This document shows, in pieces, positions 9,965-19,137 of a stretch of 64,000 bases of DNA; within the stretch, counting starts at the first letter, position 1; each line of letters begins with the position of its first letter. The stretch is from an uncultured Gemmatimonadales bacterium (GTDB taxonomy: Bacteria > Gemmatimonadota > Gemmatimonadetes > Longimicrobiales > RSA9): NCBI GenBank assembly GCA_963741945.1, contig CAVUKA010000005.1, forward strand, positions 96,001 through 160,000, given 5' to 3'. Made by a program: the position numbers and the translations under genes. The notes under the pieces were generated by a model. The model was not told the DNA's origin. It saw only the letters and a program-made list of their open reading frames with translations, and ran no database searches.

Positions 9965-10769
9965 GGTCCAGCCGACCAGGCACCCGGTAGCCGGCCTCCC
10001 GAACCCGGGCTGGCGAGCAGCTCCCTCCCCTCCGGCGGAGGCCCCCACCAGAGGCCACCCGCACGGAACGCCACCCGCACGCACAGCGCAGCGCAACACC
10101 GCGCGCCCCGGACCGGTCCTACCGAGGCGTCTGGGCCTGAATACGCCAGTTCCTGCGCCCCTCGCGCCGCTTCGCCGTGCCTCGCGGCGGGTCGATATGT
10201 TACCGGAATTGTCACCCACACGCAGCCGTCACCGTTCAGACGAAGTGCGCTTTGCTTGTGGAAATGTTCGCTTGCGGAAGCGATCCCGGACGGGTTCCAT
10301 GGGGACCGCCGCGATCACCCGACATGCTGGACTTCGGGTGAGTCGCTACACCTCCTGGGTGTTCTGCCGGTTCACCCGTTTTCGGGTCCACCTGGTGACG
10401 GGCCGCTATCGGCGGTGAAGAGGCAATGGTGCCAGCGGGTACGTTCCTCCGACCAGATTGTTCCCCGCTGGAGAGAAGAAGACCCGACAGAGGTGCCCTG
10501 CGCCATCGGATGATCCCCAGCGAGCTGCCAGACGGCGCCCTCTCGGCAGCCCAGAGTTGAACGGACAGACGGATCGGTAAATGGATCGCCTCACCCATTT
10601 CTCAATCCCTCTGGCTAACGTCTCCCGCACCACCCGCAGCGGCGCCTGAACGGACGAGCTGTGTTCGCAAGGGCGAGTCGCCCGCGGTCACGCGCCAACC
10701 CCGCCCGGACTTTCCTGTCCCCGGGCCGGGGCGGGCGGCGGCCATGGCGCCCGCCGTCGGGCCAGCGTC

Positions 10770-11726
10770 TCAGCGCGCCCGCGGCCCCCCGTCTTCGCCC
10801 GCGACGTCGGTCAGCCGGGTCGCCCCGGTCCCGTCCGCATTCATGACATAGATCTCGTTGTTGCCGGCGTGGGCGGGCCGGAACGACATGAACAGGATCT
10901 CGCCATTGCGAGTCCAGGCGGGTGCGCGGCTGCACCACGCGCTGTTCGTGTCGGTGAGGTCCCTGGGGGTCAGGTTGGTCTGTCCGCTGCCGTCCGCATT
11001 CATCAGGAACACGGCGCAGTAGCCGTCGCGGAAGCTCATGAACGCCAGCCGTTGCCCATCCTGTGACCAGACGGCCATCTGGTCGAGCGTCGAGGGCAGG
11101 GCGGTGAGGCGGGTGGCGTCGCCCGTCGCGACATCGATCACGTAGATGTCCATGTCGCGGCGGATGGCCAGCCGTTTTCCGTCCGGCGACCAGTCCGGCC
11201 ACATGTCCGCGCCGGCATGCGTGGTCACGCGGCTGAGCTCGCCGGTGCGCAGCGCGAGCACGTAGATCTCGGTGTCCCCGCTCGCGTCGCCATGAAAAGC
11301 CACCCGCTGGCCATCCGGCGAGAAGCGCGCCCAGTCCTCGGCGGCGCTGGGCGTATTCGTCAGGTTCACGGTTACGCCCGTGCTCACGTCGAGCAGGAAG
11401 ATGTCGCTCTTGCCGCCCCGGTTGGAGGTAAACACCAGCGACCGGCCGTTGGGGGAGATGTCCGGGTAGTAGTCGGACGCGCCATCGTACGTCAGCCTGA
11501 CCGGGTCGCTCCCGTCCGGATCCATCCGGTATATCTCGCGGTTGCCCGCGCGATCGCTGTGGAACACGATGCTGCCCGGCGCGCCCGCGCGCTCCAGGCT
11601 CATGGTCGAGAGGTCGGGTGCCGACGGCCGAGGGCCTGTCGGGTCGTCGACGCAGGAAGCAGGCAGCACGCCAATGGCCAGTGCGGCGAGCAGCGTGCGG
11701 CGGCTCAGGGGGGTCGGACGCGGCAT
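10770..11726 (-). CDS. TolB-like PD40-repeat beta-propeller lipoprotein
   Basis: Repeated (W/F/I)SPDG...IYxM motifs; SRRTLL Tat-like signal and LPASC lipobox. Confidence 0.85.
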   Translation of the reverse strand: MPRPTPLSRRTLLAALAIGVLPASCVDDPTGPRPSAPDLSTMSLERAGAPGSIVFHSDRAGNREIYRMDPDGSDPVRLTYDGASDYYPDISPNGRSLVFTSNRGGKSDIFLLDVSTGVTVNLTNTPSAAEDWARFSPDGQRVAFHGDASGDTEIYVLALRTGELSRVTTHAGADMWPDWSPDGKRLAIRRDMDIYVIDVATGDATRLTALPSTLDQMAVWSQDGQRLAFMSFRDGYCAVFLMNADGSGQTNLTPRDLTDTNSAWCSRAPAWTRNGEILFMSFRPAHAGNNEIYVMNADGTGATRLTDVAGEDGGPRAR

Positions 11727-11920
11727 GAGCTCGAGAGGTCTCGTTGTGACGGGGCTGGTGGTGTGCCTGGCGCTGTTGCCGATCGTGTGCGTCTGGATGA
11801 TCCTACGGATCCACGACAGGGTTCGAACTGAGCACGGCCGGCAGATCGGACTGCAGCGCCGGCTCTAGCGCCGGCCGGATCGCTTCCCGAGGAAGCCGTC
11901 AACGCGGCTCGAGCTGGCGC

Positions 11921-11989
11921 GATGACCTGCGTCCACATGTGCAGCGTCTCGACCGTATCCCGCCAATCCTCGTAGGGGAGGCCGTACAT
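11921..11989 (-). pseudogene. N-terminal remnant of a DUF5996-like gene
   Basis: MYGLPYEDWRDTVETLHMWTQVI resembles, from memory, the family N-terminus; the frame then decays. Confidence 0.5.
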
Positions 11990-12125
11990 TGCTCGGGACC
12001 GCCTCCTGGGCGCGAATCCCGGGGTCGCTCCCATGAGACTGTGAATGCCGATGTCGCCGACAGCCGACTGTCGGCGACACCTTAGAACGCGCGGCAACCG
12101 CGGCGTTCCCGTGGAGGCCCGGCGG

Positions 12126-13106
12126 CTACCTGGGTCGGGCCACGAAACCGACCTGCTCGCCATCCGTGAGGACCGCATAGCCGGCGATGACGCCGTTCGG
12201 CGCGATCGCCGTCGGGAAGGTCTGCGAGGCACCGGGGACCATCAGCAGGCCCAGGAACCCGCCGTCCTTCCACACCCAGCCGTAGATGCCGTCCGGGAAG
12301 GTTCCACCCACGTGCCCGACGGCCGCTCCATCCACGCCGATCCCCATGGCGCAGCTCATCCAGTCGTTCTCGCCGGGGTAGTCCAGGACCGCCGTGGTCT
12401 TCCCGTTGGCATAGACGAAGCCGAGCATCTGGCCGTCAGGATCGTCGGCGTAGGTGAAGTGGCCGGCGACCTCGCCGCGGACGTTGATTGCGTAGCCCTC
12501 GGTCAGGCTCGAGCCGGCGACCATGATATCGGTGAAGCGCCCCCCCTGCAGCACGAATCCGTGGGATCGTCCATCGGCGGCCACGTAGGATCCGGCCATC
12601 ACGCCGTTCGCCCCGATGTCCCAGATCCAGGTGTCCTCCCCGAAGTGGACGCCGGCCGGGGCGTCGAAAGTCGTATACTCCCCGTGATCATAGGTGAACC
12701 CGTGCCAGGTGAAGTCCTCGTTCATGTATGTGCCGACGATCGTGCCCCGCTCATTGATGCCCAGCGCTCGGGTGTAGCGGGCTCCATCGACGTGAATCGT
12801 CTCGACCATGCCCTTGCGCAACAGGAACCCCCGCCACGCATCCCGCCCCAGGCCGTCGGTGGTGAAGTACATGCCCACGACGTCCCCCCGGGTGTTCGCC
12901 CGGTGGACGATGGTGCCGCTGGCGGCGAGGGCCGCCGGGACGCGGATGATCTCGTAGTCGAAATCGTCGGGCGTCAGGCTCGATCCCTTCAGCCGCGAGG
13001 GCTCGGGAGTCGCCGGCGCGAGGGCGAGCCCGGTGGGGGCCGCGTCGCAGGCGGCGAGCATGGCGACGGCGAGGACGAGGATTGGGAGTGTGAGCGTGGT
13101 CTTCAT
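12126..13106 (-). CDS. secreted repeat lipoprotein (HAF-like extracellular repeats)
   Basis: Lipobox LAAC; repeats of type TxAxGINxxGxIVG...GF; GAGG RBS. Confidence 0.8.
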   Translation of the reverse strand: MKTTLTLPILVLAVAMLAACDAAPTGLALAPATPEPSRLKGSSLTPDDFDYEIIRVPAALAASGTIVHRANTRGDVVGMYFTTDGLGRDAWRGFLLRKGMVETIHVDGARYTRALGINERGTIVGTYMNEDFTWHGFTYDHGEYTTFDAPAGVHFGEDTWIWDIGANGVMAGSYVAADGRSHGFVLQGGRFTDIMVAGSSLTEGYAINVRGEVAGHFTYADDPDGQMLGFVYANGKTTAVLDYPGENDWMSCAMGIGVDGAAVGHVGGTFPDGIYGWVWKDGGFLGLLMVPGASQTFPTAIAPNGVIAGYAVLTDGEQVGFVARPR

Positions 13107-13357
13107 GGCTACCTCTGCAGCGGTGTGGGTCCGGGTGCTCCCCGGGGATCCGGGCAACCGGGCCCGGGATGGATGCATCGATCGCGAACGGCTGAGCGAC
13201 ATCGTGTGCTCCTCTGGATTGTCGAACGAGTGGCTGTCGTGGCGATGGCGGGCGGCACGTTCCTCCACTTTGCAGACGCGCAAAACCGGCCCGATCGGGG
13301 CCAGGGGATCCGCATGCCGTCCTTGTTTACCTCGCCGCGCGGGGCCTATCTTGGCCC

Positions 13358-16009
13358 ATGAAGGTGCGCCGCCCCGCTGAAGAGCCCGTCCCCGGTCAGC
13401 CTCCCGACGACGGCCCAACGGGCGACTCCGCGCGCCAGTGGCACCGCATCAAGGAAGTCTTTCTCGAAGCCCTCGATCAGCCGCCCGCGAGCCTGCCCGC
13501 GTTCCTGGCGCGTGCGTGCGGCGGGGATACGGGACTGCGCCGCGAGGTGGAGTCACTGCTGGCCAGTGACGACGCGGCCGCCGGTTTCGGCGAGACACCG
13601 GCGGCCGCGCTGCTTTCCGGCAGCCTCCCGGACGCGCCTGTGGCTGCCAGCGGTCCCCGTCTGGCGCCTGGCGCGCGCCTGGGCGCATACGAGATCACGG
13701 GGTTCGTCGCAGCTGGCGGCATGGGCGACGTTTACCGCGCGCGCCACACGGTGCTGGGTCGGGAAGTGGCGCTGAAGACGGTGAGTGCAGAGCGGGCGGA
13801 CGAGTCCTCGTGCCGGCGTCTGCTGCGCGAGGCGCGGCACGCTTCGCAGCTGAAGCACCCCGGGATCTGCACCATCCACGAAGTGGGCGAGTCCGAACGA
13901 GGCCCCTACATCGTGATGGAGTACGTGCCCGGCCGTCCGCTGAGCGAGCTGGTGCAGGCAGGCGCAGTAACGGTGGACGGGGCGCTCGATTACGGCCTCC
14001 AGGTGGCCGCGGCGCTGGCGCACGCGCACGGGCGGGGAATCGTGCACCGCGATCTGAAGGCCTCGAACGTGGTGGTGGACGGGGCCGGCCGTGCCATCGT
14101 GCTGGACTTCGGGCTCGCGCGTCGCCTTCCGGAGATGGAGGAGGGGCGGACGCGCGAGCAGACCGTGACGGAGCTGGGCTCTCTCGCGGGGACACTCAGC
14201 CACATGGCGCCGGAGGTGCTGCTGGGCGGCGAAGCGGACGCGCGCAGCGATGTCTGGGCTCTGGGCGTGCTGCTGTACGAGATGGTCGCCGGCCGGCTGC
14301 CCTTCCGTGGGCGCACGCCCTACGAGACCACCGGCGCGATCCTGGGGGATCCCATCCAGCCGTTGGATCACAATGCGCCGATGGCGCTGCGGCTGGTGAT
14401 CGAGCGCTGCCTGCTGAAGCAGCCGGAGGCGCGCTATCAATCCGCGGGCAAAGTCGCCGTGGCGCTGGACGCCATCCGCCGTCGGCGCTCGTGGCCGCTC
14501 CTGGGTGCGCTGCTGGTGTCGGTGCGCCGACGAACGCTGATCGTGGTCGGCAGCGTGGTGATCGTGGGCACGGGCGTGCTGCTGGGCGCGCACGCCGCGC
14601 GAGGGCAGCTTGAGGCGCTGTTTCGCCCGCGTCTTTCCACGCTCGCGCTTCTGCCGCTGACGAACGACACGGGCGAGCCTGAGCAGCAGTACTACGCGGA
14701 CGGGATGACGGACGCGCTGATTGCGCAGCTGGGCGCGGCCACGGACATCCGCATCATCGCTCCCGGATCGGCCGCTCGCGCCGCCGCGAACGCGAGAGAT
14801 GCCACGGAGATCGCACAGCGGCTGGGGGCGAATGCGCTCGTGCAGGGCTCCATGCGACGCATCGATGGCAACGTGCTGGTGGACCTGCAGCTGGTGCGTC
14901 CGACCGATGGAAGTGTGCTGTGGCACGACAGCTTCCAGCGGCGCGACAGTGACGTGCCGGCCCTGCAGGCGGACGTGGTGCGGGCGCTGGTGCTCGAGGT
15001 GCGGCTCTCGCTGCGCTCGGGCGCGCGCGAGCGCCTGACCACGGTTCGCTCGGTGAGCCCGGACGTGTACGAGGCATACCTGAAGGGCCGCTACGAGTGG
15101 AACCGCCGCACGCCGGAATCGCTGCAGGACGCCATTGCCTACTTTCGCCGCGCAGTGGAGCTCGACCCCACATACGCGCCCGCGCACGCCGCCCTGGCCG
15201 ATTGCTACAGCCAGCTGGGCACGGTGATCGTAGGCACCGGCTCACCGCTCGAGTGGCGCCCCCGGGCGGCCGCGGAGGCCATCCAGGCCCTCCAGCTCGA
15301 CCCCGGTTCGGCGGCGGCGCACGCTTCACTGGGCTACGTCCTGCATTACGACTGGAAATGGGCGGCCGCGGAGCGCGAGTTCCGCCGCGCGCTCGAGCTG
15401 AACCCCAGCAACTCCATGGCGCATATCTGGTACGCGAACCTGCTCATGTCGCTGGGTCGCTGGGACGAGGCCATCGCCCAGGTCTACGCGGCCCGTGAGC
15501 TGGATCCGTTCTCACTCATCGTGAACACCAACGTCGCATGGGTGCTGGACGGCGCGGGTCGGCCCGAAGAAGCGGTGGCGGCGGCACGACGGGCGGTGTC
15601 GCTCGACTCTACCTACCTGCAGGCGCACTGGCGGCTGGCCGGCGCGCTGCAGTCGCTGGGGCGGGTGGACGAGGCGCGCGCGCAGGTGGACCGGCTCATT
15701 GCGGTCACGGACAGCGGCAGCTCCTCGCTCGCCTTCCTGGCGGGCGTGCTGGTCTCGGAGGGGCAGCGCGACAGCGCGCGCGCGATCCTGGACCGGCTGC
15801 TGCAACGCGCGCGGACGTCCTACGTGGCGCCGTACAGCATTGCCGGGATCTATCGCTCGCTGCGGGACGACGAGAACGGCGTCGCATGGATGACGAAAGC
15901 GCTCGAGGAGCGAAGCAACGGCATCGCCTATATCGGCAACGATACTGTCGGCTTCGGACGGGACCCTCGCTACCGCGCGCTGCTGGCCCGGGTGGGGTTG
16001 CCGAAGTGA
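13358..16009 (+). CDS. Hanks-type Ser/Thr protein kinase with TM, TolB-N-like and TPR domains
   Basis: GGMGDVY, VALK, HRDLKASN, DFG, APE and DVWALG motifs; TM segment; LALLPLTN...DGMT; TPR repeats. Confidence 0.95.
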   Translation: MKVRRPAEEPVPGQPPDDGPTGDSARQWHRIKEVFLEALDQPPASLPAFLARACGGDTGLRREVESLLASDDAAAGFGETPAAALLSGSLPDAPVAASGPRLAPGARLGAYEITGFVAAGGMGDVYRARHTVLGREVALKTVSAERADESSCRRLLREARHASQLKHPGICTIHEVGESERGPYIVMEYVPGRPLSELVQAGAVTVDGALDYGLQVAAALAHAHGRGIVHRDLKASNVVVDGAGRAIVLDFGLARRLPEMEEGRTREQTVTELGSLAGTLSHMAPEVLLGGEADARSDVWALGVLLYEMVAGRLPFRGRTPYETTGAILGDPIQPLDHNAPMALRLVIERCLLKQPEARYQSAGKVAVALDAIRRRRSWPLLGALLVSVRRRTLIVVGSVVIVGTGVLLGAHAARGQLEALFRPRLSTLALLPLTNDTGEPEQQYYADGMTDALIAQLGAATDIRIIAPGSAARAAANARDATEIAQRLGANALVQGSMRRIDGNVLVDLQLVRPTDGSVLWHDSFQRRDSDVPALQADVVRALVLEVRLSLRSGARERLTTVRSVSPDVYEAYLKGRYEWNRRTPESLQDAIAYFRRAVELDPTYAPAHAALADCYSQLGTVIVGTGSPLEWRPRAAAEAIQALQLDPGSAAAHASLGYVLHYDWKWAAAEREFRRALELNPSNSMAHIWYANLLMSLGRWDEAIAQVYAARELDPFSLIVNTNVAWVLDGAGRPEEAVAAARRAVSLDSTYLQAHWRLAGALQSLGRVDEARAQVDRLIAVTDSGSSSLAFLAGVLVSEGQRDSARAILDRLLQRARTSYVAPYSIAGIYRSLRDDENGVAWMTKALEERSNGIAYIGNDTVGFGRDPRYRALLARVGLPK

Positions 16010-16014
16010 GGCCG

Positions 16015-16596
16015 ATGGAGAGCGGCGCCCCCGCGGATGTCACGGGCCTGCTCCTGCAGTGGTCGCAGGGCGAGGCCGGGGCGCTCGACCGGCTGCTGCC
16101 GCTGATCTACGACGAGTGCCGTCGCATCGCCGCGCGCCAGATGCGGCACGAACGCGCGGAGCACACGCTCCAGCCCACCGCTCTCGTCCACGAGCTGTAT
16201 TTCAGGCTGGTGGATCAGCGCCGCGCCACCTGGGAGAACCGCGCGCAGTTCTTTGGCGTGGCCGCGCGCCTCATGCGCCGGATCCTGGTGGACCACGCGC
16301 GAGCGCACCGCACCGCCAAGCGCGGCGGTTCCGCCATCTTCGTATCGCTCGAGGCGGCCGGTGAGGCCCCGACGACGAGCGACGTGGCGGACGTGCTGGC
16401 CATCGATGGAGCGCTCAAGCGGCTGGAGACACGCGACCCGGACCAGATGCGCATCGTCGAGCTGCGCTTTTTTGCGGGGCTCACCGTCGAGGAGACCGCG
16501 CACGTGCTCGGCCGCTCCGCACGCACGGTGAAGCGCGAGTGGCGGCTGGCCAAGGCGTGGCTGTACCGCGAGCTGCAGGCGCCGGGTCCGCCGTGA
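16015..16596 (+). CDS. ECF sigma factor, kinase-associated (TIGR02999-like)
   Basis: HTLQPTALVHE, ILVDHAR...KRGG, VELRFFAGL, TVKREW motifs; directly follows the kinase. Confidence 0.92.
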   Translation: MESGAPADVTGLLLQWSQGEAGALDRLLPLIYDECRRIAARQMRHERAEHTLQPTALVHELYFRLVDQRRATWENRAQFFGVAARLMRRILVDHARAHRTAKRGGSAIFVSLEAAGEAPTTSDVADVLAIDGALKRLETRDPDQMRIVELRFFAGLTVEETAHVLGRSARTVKREWRLAKAWLYRELQAPGPP

Positions 16597-16629
16597 CTCT
16601 GTGCTGATCTCTCGCGACTGCGATAGCTG

Positions 16630-16870
16630 GACCCGCCGGTCGTGGCGTAGCACGTGAACTTCTCTACGAGGTTGTCCCAGGCATAGCTCACCTTGTCAGC
16701 TTCGACCTGATCCACCGCTCGGCGCCTCTCAACTACTTCACAGACCGCACGATCGCGCGGTTGTACCACCTGCTCCAGTCGTGCTTCAGATCTCCAGTAT
16801 CGGGGAAGGCGCAGGTCTCGTCGGAGAAAATGACCACATGCTGCTCGAACACGACCAGCACATCACAGAC
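16630..16870 (-). pseudogene. fragmented remnant of a nuclease-like / SEC-C-associated gene
   Basis: Two frames: CDVLVVFEQHVVIFSDETCAFPDTGDLKHDWSRWYNRAI* and EADKVSYAWDNLVEKF. Lower GC and no start codon; family assignment is from memory. Confidence 0.5.
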
Positions 16871-16896
16871 CGCAGGGCACCGAGGGTCACCGAAAC

Positions 16897-16930
16897 AGAA
16901 AAACCCGCACCGTAAGTCACGGTGCGGGTT
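16897..16930 (-). terminator. intrinsic terminator after tRNA-Arg(CCG)
   Basis: AACCCGCACCG-7 nt loop-CGGTGCGGGTT hairpin running into a T tract on the minus strand. Confidence 0.85.
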
Positions 16931-16943
16931 CAACTTGGAACAG

Positions 16944-17017
16944 TGCGCCCGACAGGATTCGAACCTGTGACCTCATGCTCCGGAGGCATGCGCTCTATCC
17001 AACTGAGCTACGGGCGC
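16944..17017 (-). tRNA. tRNA-Arg(CCG)
   Basis: GCGCCCG/CGGGCGC acceptor stem, anticodon arm CATGC-CTCCGGA-GCATG, GGTTCGAATCC T-loop; CCA not encoded. Confidence 0.97.
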
Positions 17018-17375
17018 AGAAACGCGTGGAACCACAACCTGCCGTCCACCCGCCTGCATGTCCACCCTGCGGCAAAGTGTCGTCGCGCGAAGCGTGGCGA
17101 CAACTGAGCTACGGGCGCAGAAACGCGTGGAACCACAACCTGCCGTCCACCCGCCTGCATGTCCACCCTGCGGCAAAGTGTCGTCGCGCGAAGCGTGGCG
17201 ACAACTGAGCTACGGGCGCAGAAACGCGTGGAACCACAACCTGCCGTCCACCCGCCTGCACGTCCACCCTGCGGCAAAGTGTCGTCGCGCGAAGCGTAAC
17301 GACAACTGAGCTACGGGCGCAGAAACGCGTGGAACCACAACCTGCCGTCCACCCGCCTGCACGTCGACGCTGCGG
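17000..17375. repeat. 101-bp tandem repeat (3 full units + partial), each containing the tRNA-Arg(CCG) leader and nt 1-18
   Basis: Units start at 17000, 17101, 17202 and 17303 with caactgagctacgggcgcagaaacgcgtgg; units 1 and 2 are identical, unit 3 has 3 substitutions. Confidence 0.97.
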
Positions 17376-17394
17376 GCCCTCTGTTTCTGGCAGC

Positions 17395-17781
17395 GGGGAA
17401 GCGGAATAAGCCGAGTTCTGTCTCCGGCGAACCGGAGGCGAGCCATTTCTCTGGGACGGCGGTCGCCCGCCGCCTCGAGCAGCCTACCCGGGACTCTCAC
17501 GACGAATCGCGTCGGCGCGGGCCGCGCCATCATCCCTGCTTGGCCTTGCTCCGGGTGGGGTTTACCATGCGACGACTGTTGCCAGCCGCCCGGTGGTCTC
17601 TTGCACCACCCTTTCACCCTTGCCTGTGCCGGCGCCTTTCGGCTCCGGCCATCGGCGGTCTGCTCTCTGTGGCACTTTCCAGCGCCTCGCGGCGTCCGGG
17701 CGTTACCCGGCACCCTGCCCTGCGGAGCTCGGACTTTCCTCGACCGTCTCACGGACGGCCGCGGCTCGCACTCGCTTCCCT
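17395..17781 (-). ncRNA. rnpB: RNase P RNA, class A
   Basis: GAGGAAAGTCCGAGC, GAAAGTGCCACAGA, AGGGTGAAAGGGTGG, GGTAAACCCCACCCGGAGCAAG and ACAGAACTCGGCTTA motifs; P1 GGGAAGCG/CGCTTCCC. Confidence 0.96.
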
Positions 17782-17823
17782 CTGCTGTCAAACAGCACGG
17801 CCCCCGCTGCGGGGGGCCGGCAA

Positions 17824-17897
<74 letters not shown>

Positions 17898-17971
17898 AAT
17901 CCGGAGAAAGAACCGCCCGCGGTTCGCCATGCGCCCCGCGGGGTCGATTGCCCTCCCCGATCAGCCTCGGA

Positions 17972-18000
17972 ATTCTAGTGCCGGCGCCCCGGCCTGTCAA
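17972..18000 (-). promoter_or_regulatory. sigma70 promoter of the tRNA-rnpB-tRNA operon
   Basis: TTGACA (18000-17995), 17-bp spacer, TAGAAT (17977-17972). Confidence 0.85.
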
Positions 18001-18336
18001 CCGGCGGTGCCGCCCCGGACGCAATAGCCCCGGCACATATTGACCCACCCCCTCGCGATGTGGAGCTGTCGTGTTTTGGGGTGGTGGGGCGGGAGCGGTT
18101 CTGGACGGTGTGGGATCAGCTGTTTGACAGCGGGGGTGTTCGAACGCCGAAGCGCCGCAGGCGCGGGAGGCGACGCTTTGTCCTGGGAGATCGTGTTGAA
18201 CGATCACCCCGAAATTCGACCGGAGGCCCTCGCTCTTCCGCCGGTACTGCTCGAGGCTGAGTACCAGCGCGAGCAGGTGGGTCAGGATGTGCCCGAGCTT
18301 GCCGCGGTGCCGCCCCGGATCACAGCGCGGACGACA

Positions 18337-18369
18337 GGAATGGGGCGGCGCGCGCGCCGCCCCATTCCT
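18337..18369 (-). terminator. hairpin downstream of the CBS gene
   Basis: aggaatggggcggcgc/gcgccgccccattcct perfect inverted repeat; no clear U tract. Confidence 0.5.
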
Positions 18370-18391
18370 CGTGGCTCAACTCCGCCGTGGC

Positions 18392-18838
18392 CTAGCGCTC
18401 CGGCTCGGCCGGCTCGGAGATCTCCTCCACGGTCCGCTCCACCTCGCGCGCTTCGCTGTCCGGCGTTTCCACGGCCAGGTCCGCCTGGGCGATCATGCCG
18501 ACCACCCGCTCGTCCTCCACCACCGGGATCCGCCGCACCTGCCCCTCCTTCATCCGGCTCATCACCGTGTCCGTGCTGTCCTCCGGCGTCACGGTGTAGA
18601 GCGGATTGCCGGACATCTCGTCGCCTACGCGGCAGCTGCCCGCGTCGTGGCCCTCGGCAACGTGACGGATGGCGATGTCGCGGTCCGTGATCACACCGCG
18701 CAACCGGCGGCTGGACGCGTCGTCAACCACTGGGATCAGCCCGACGTTGAGCTCGCGCATGAGCTGCGCCGCGCGCTGGACGGTCTCGCCCTCGCTGACG
18801 CATTCTGGATCTTCGGTCATGAGCTCGCGTGCCTTCAT
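18392..18838 (-). CDS. CBS domain pair protein
   Basis: ELMT...GLIPVVD...GVITDRDI and RRIPVV...GMIAQADL; GGAGG RBS. Confidence 0.92.
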   Translation of the reverse strand: MKARELMTEDPECVSEGETVQRAAQLMRELNVGLIPVVDDASSRRLRGVITDRDIAIRHVAEGHDAGSCRVGDEMSGNPLYTVTPEDSTDTVMSRMKEGQVRRIPVVEDERVVGMIAQADLAVETPDSEAREVERTVEEISEPAEPER

Positions 18839-19137
18839 GGTGTTGCCTCCGGAGTAACTGTCGCTGAATCGGACATTCTAGACGGGCGCAATCACCATGC
18901 CTGGCAATGTGGTAACATTCAACTGTACATGGACTTAGGCGGCGGTCGCGAGGAGCGGTGGATGGGGGCCGCCACGCTGTGGTCAACCCGACTCTTCGAA
19001 GGCTCGCCCGGGGCCTCTCGTCGATCGGACAGCGAAATCTGCCGTCAACTCGACATTCCTGCGCGGGAACGGGACTGTGGAAGTCGCGTTCACTGCGATT
19101 GGCGCGGTCAAGTCGACTCAGCCCGGGAAAACGCGGC

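Noticed and set aside
10480-10495. att-site copy of the tRNA-Arg(CCG) 3' end delimiting an island
   Set aside because: Only an 8-bp match (cccgacag), at chance level; no integrase present
11725-11868. 47-aa plus-strand membrane peptide
   Set aside because: Its ATG overlaps the start codon of the opposite-strand TolB-like gene and it has no RBS
17000-17375. CRISPR array
   Set aside because: Whole units are near-identical with no variable spacers, and there are no cas genes in the window
18906-18919. aatgt-ggta-acatt palindrome as a CRP/FNR site upstream of the CBS gene
   Set aside because: Single short site with non-canonical spacing; insufficient evidence
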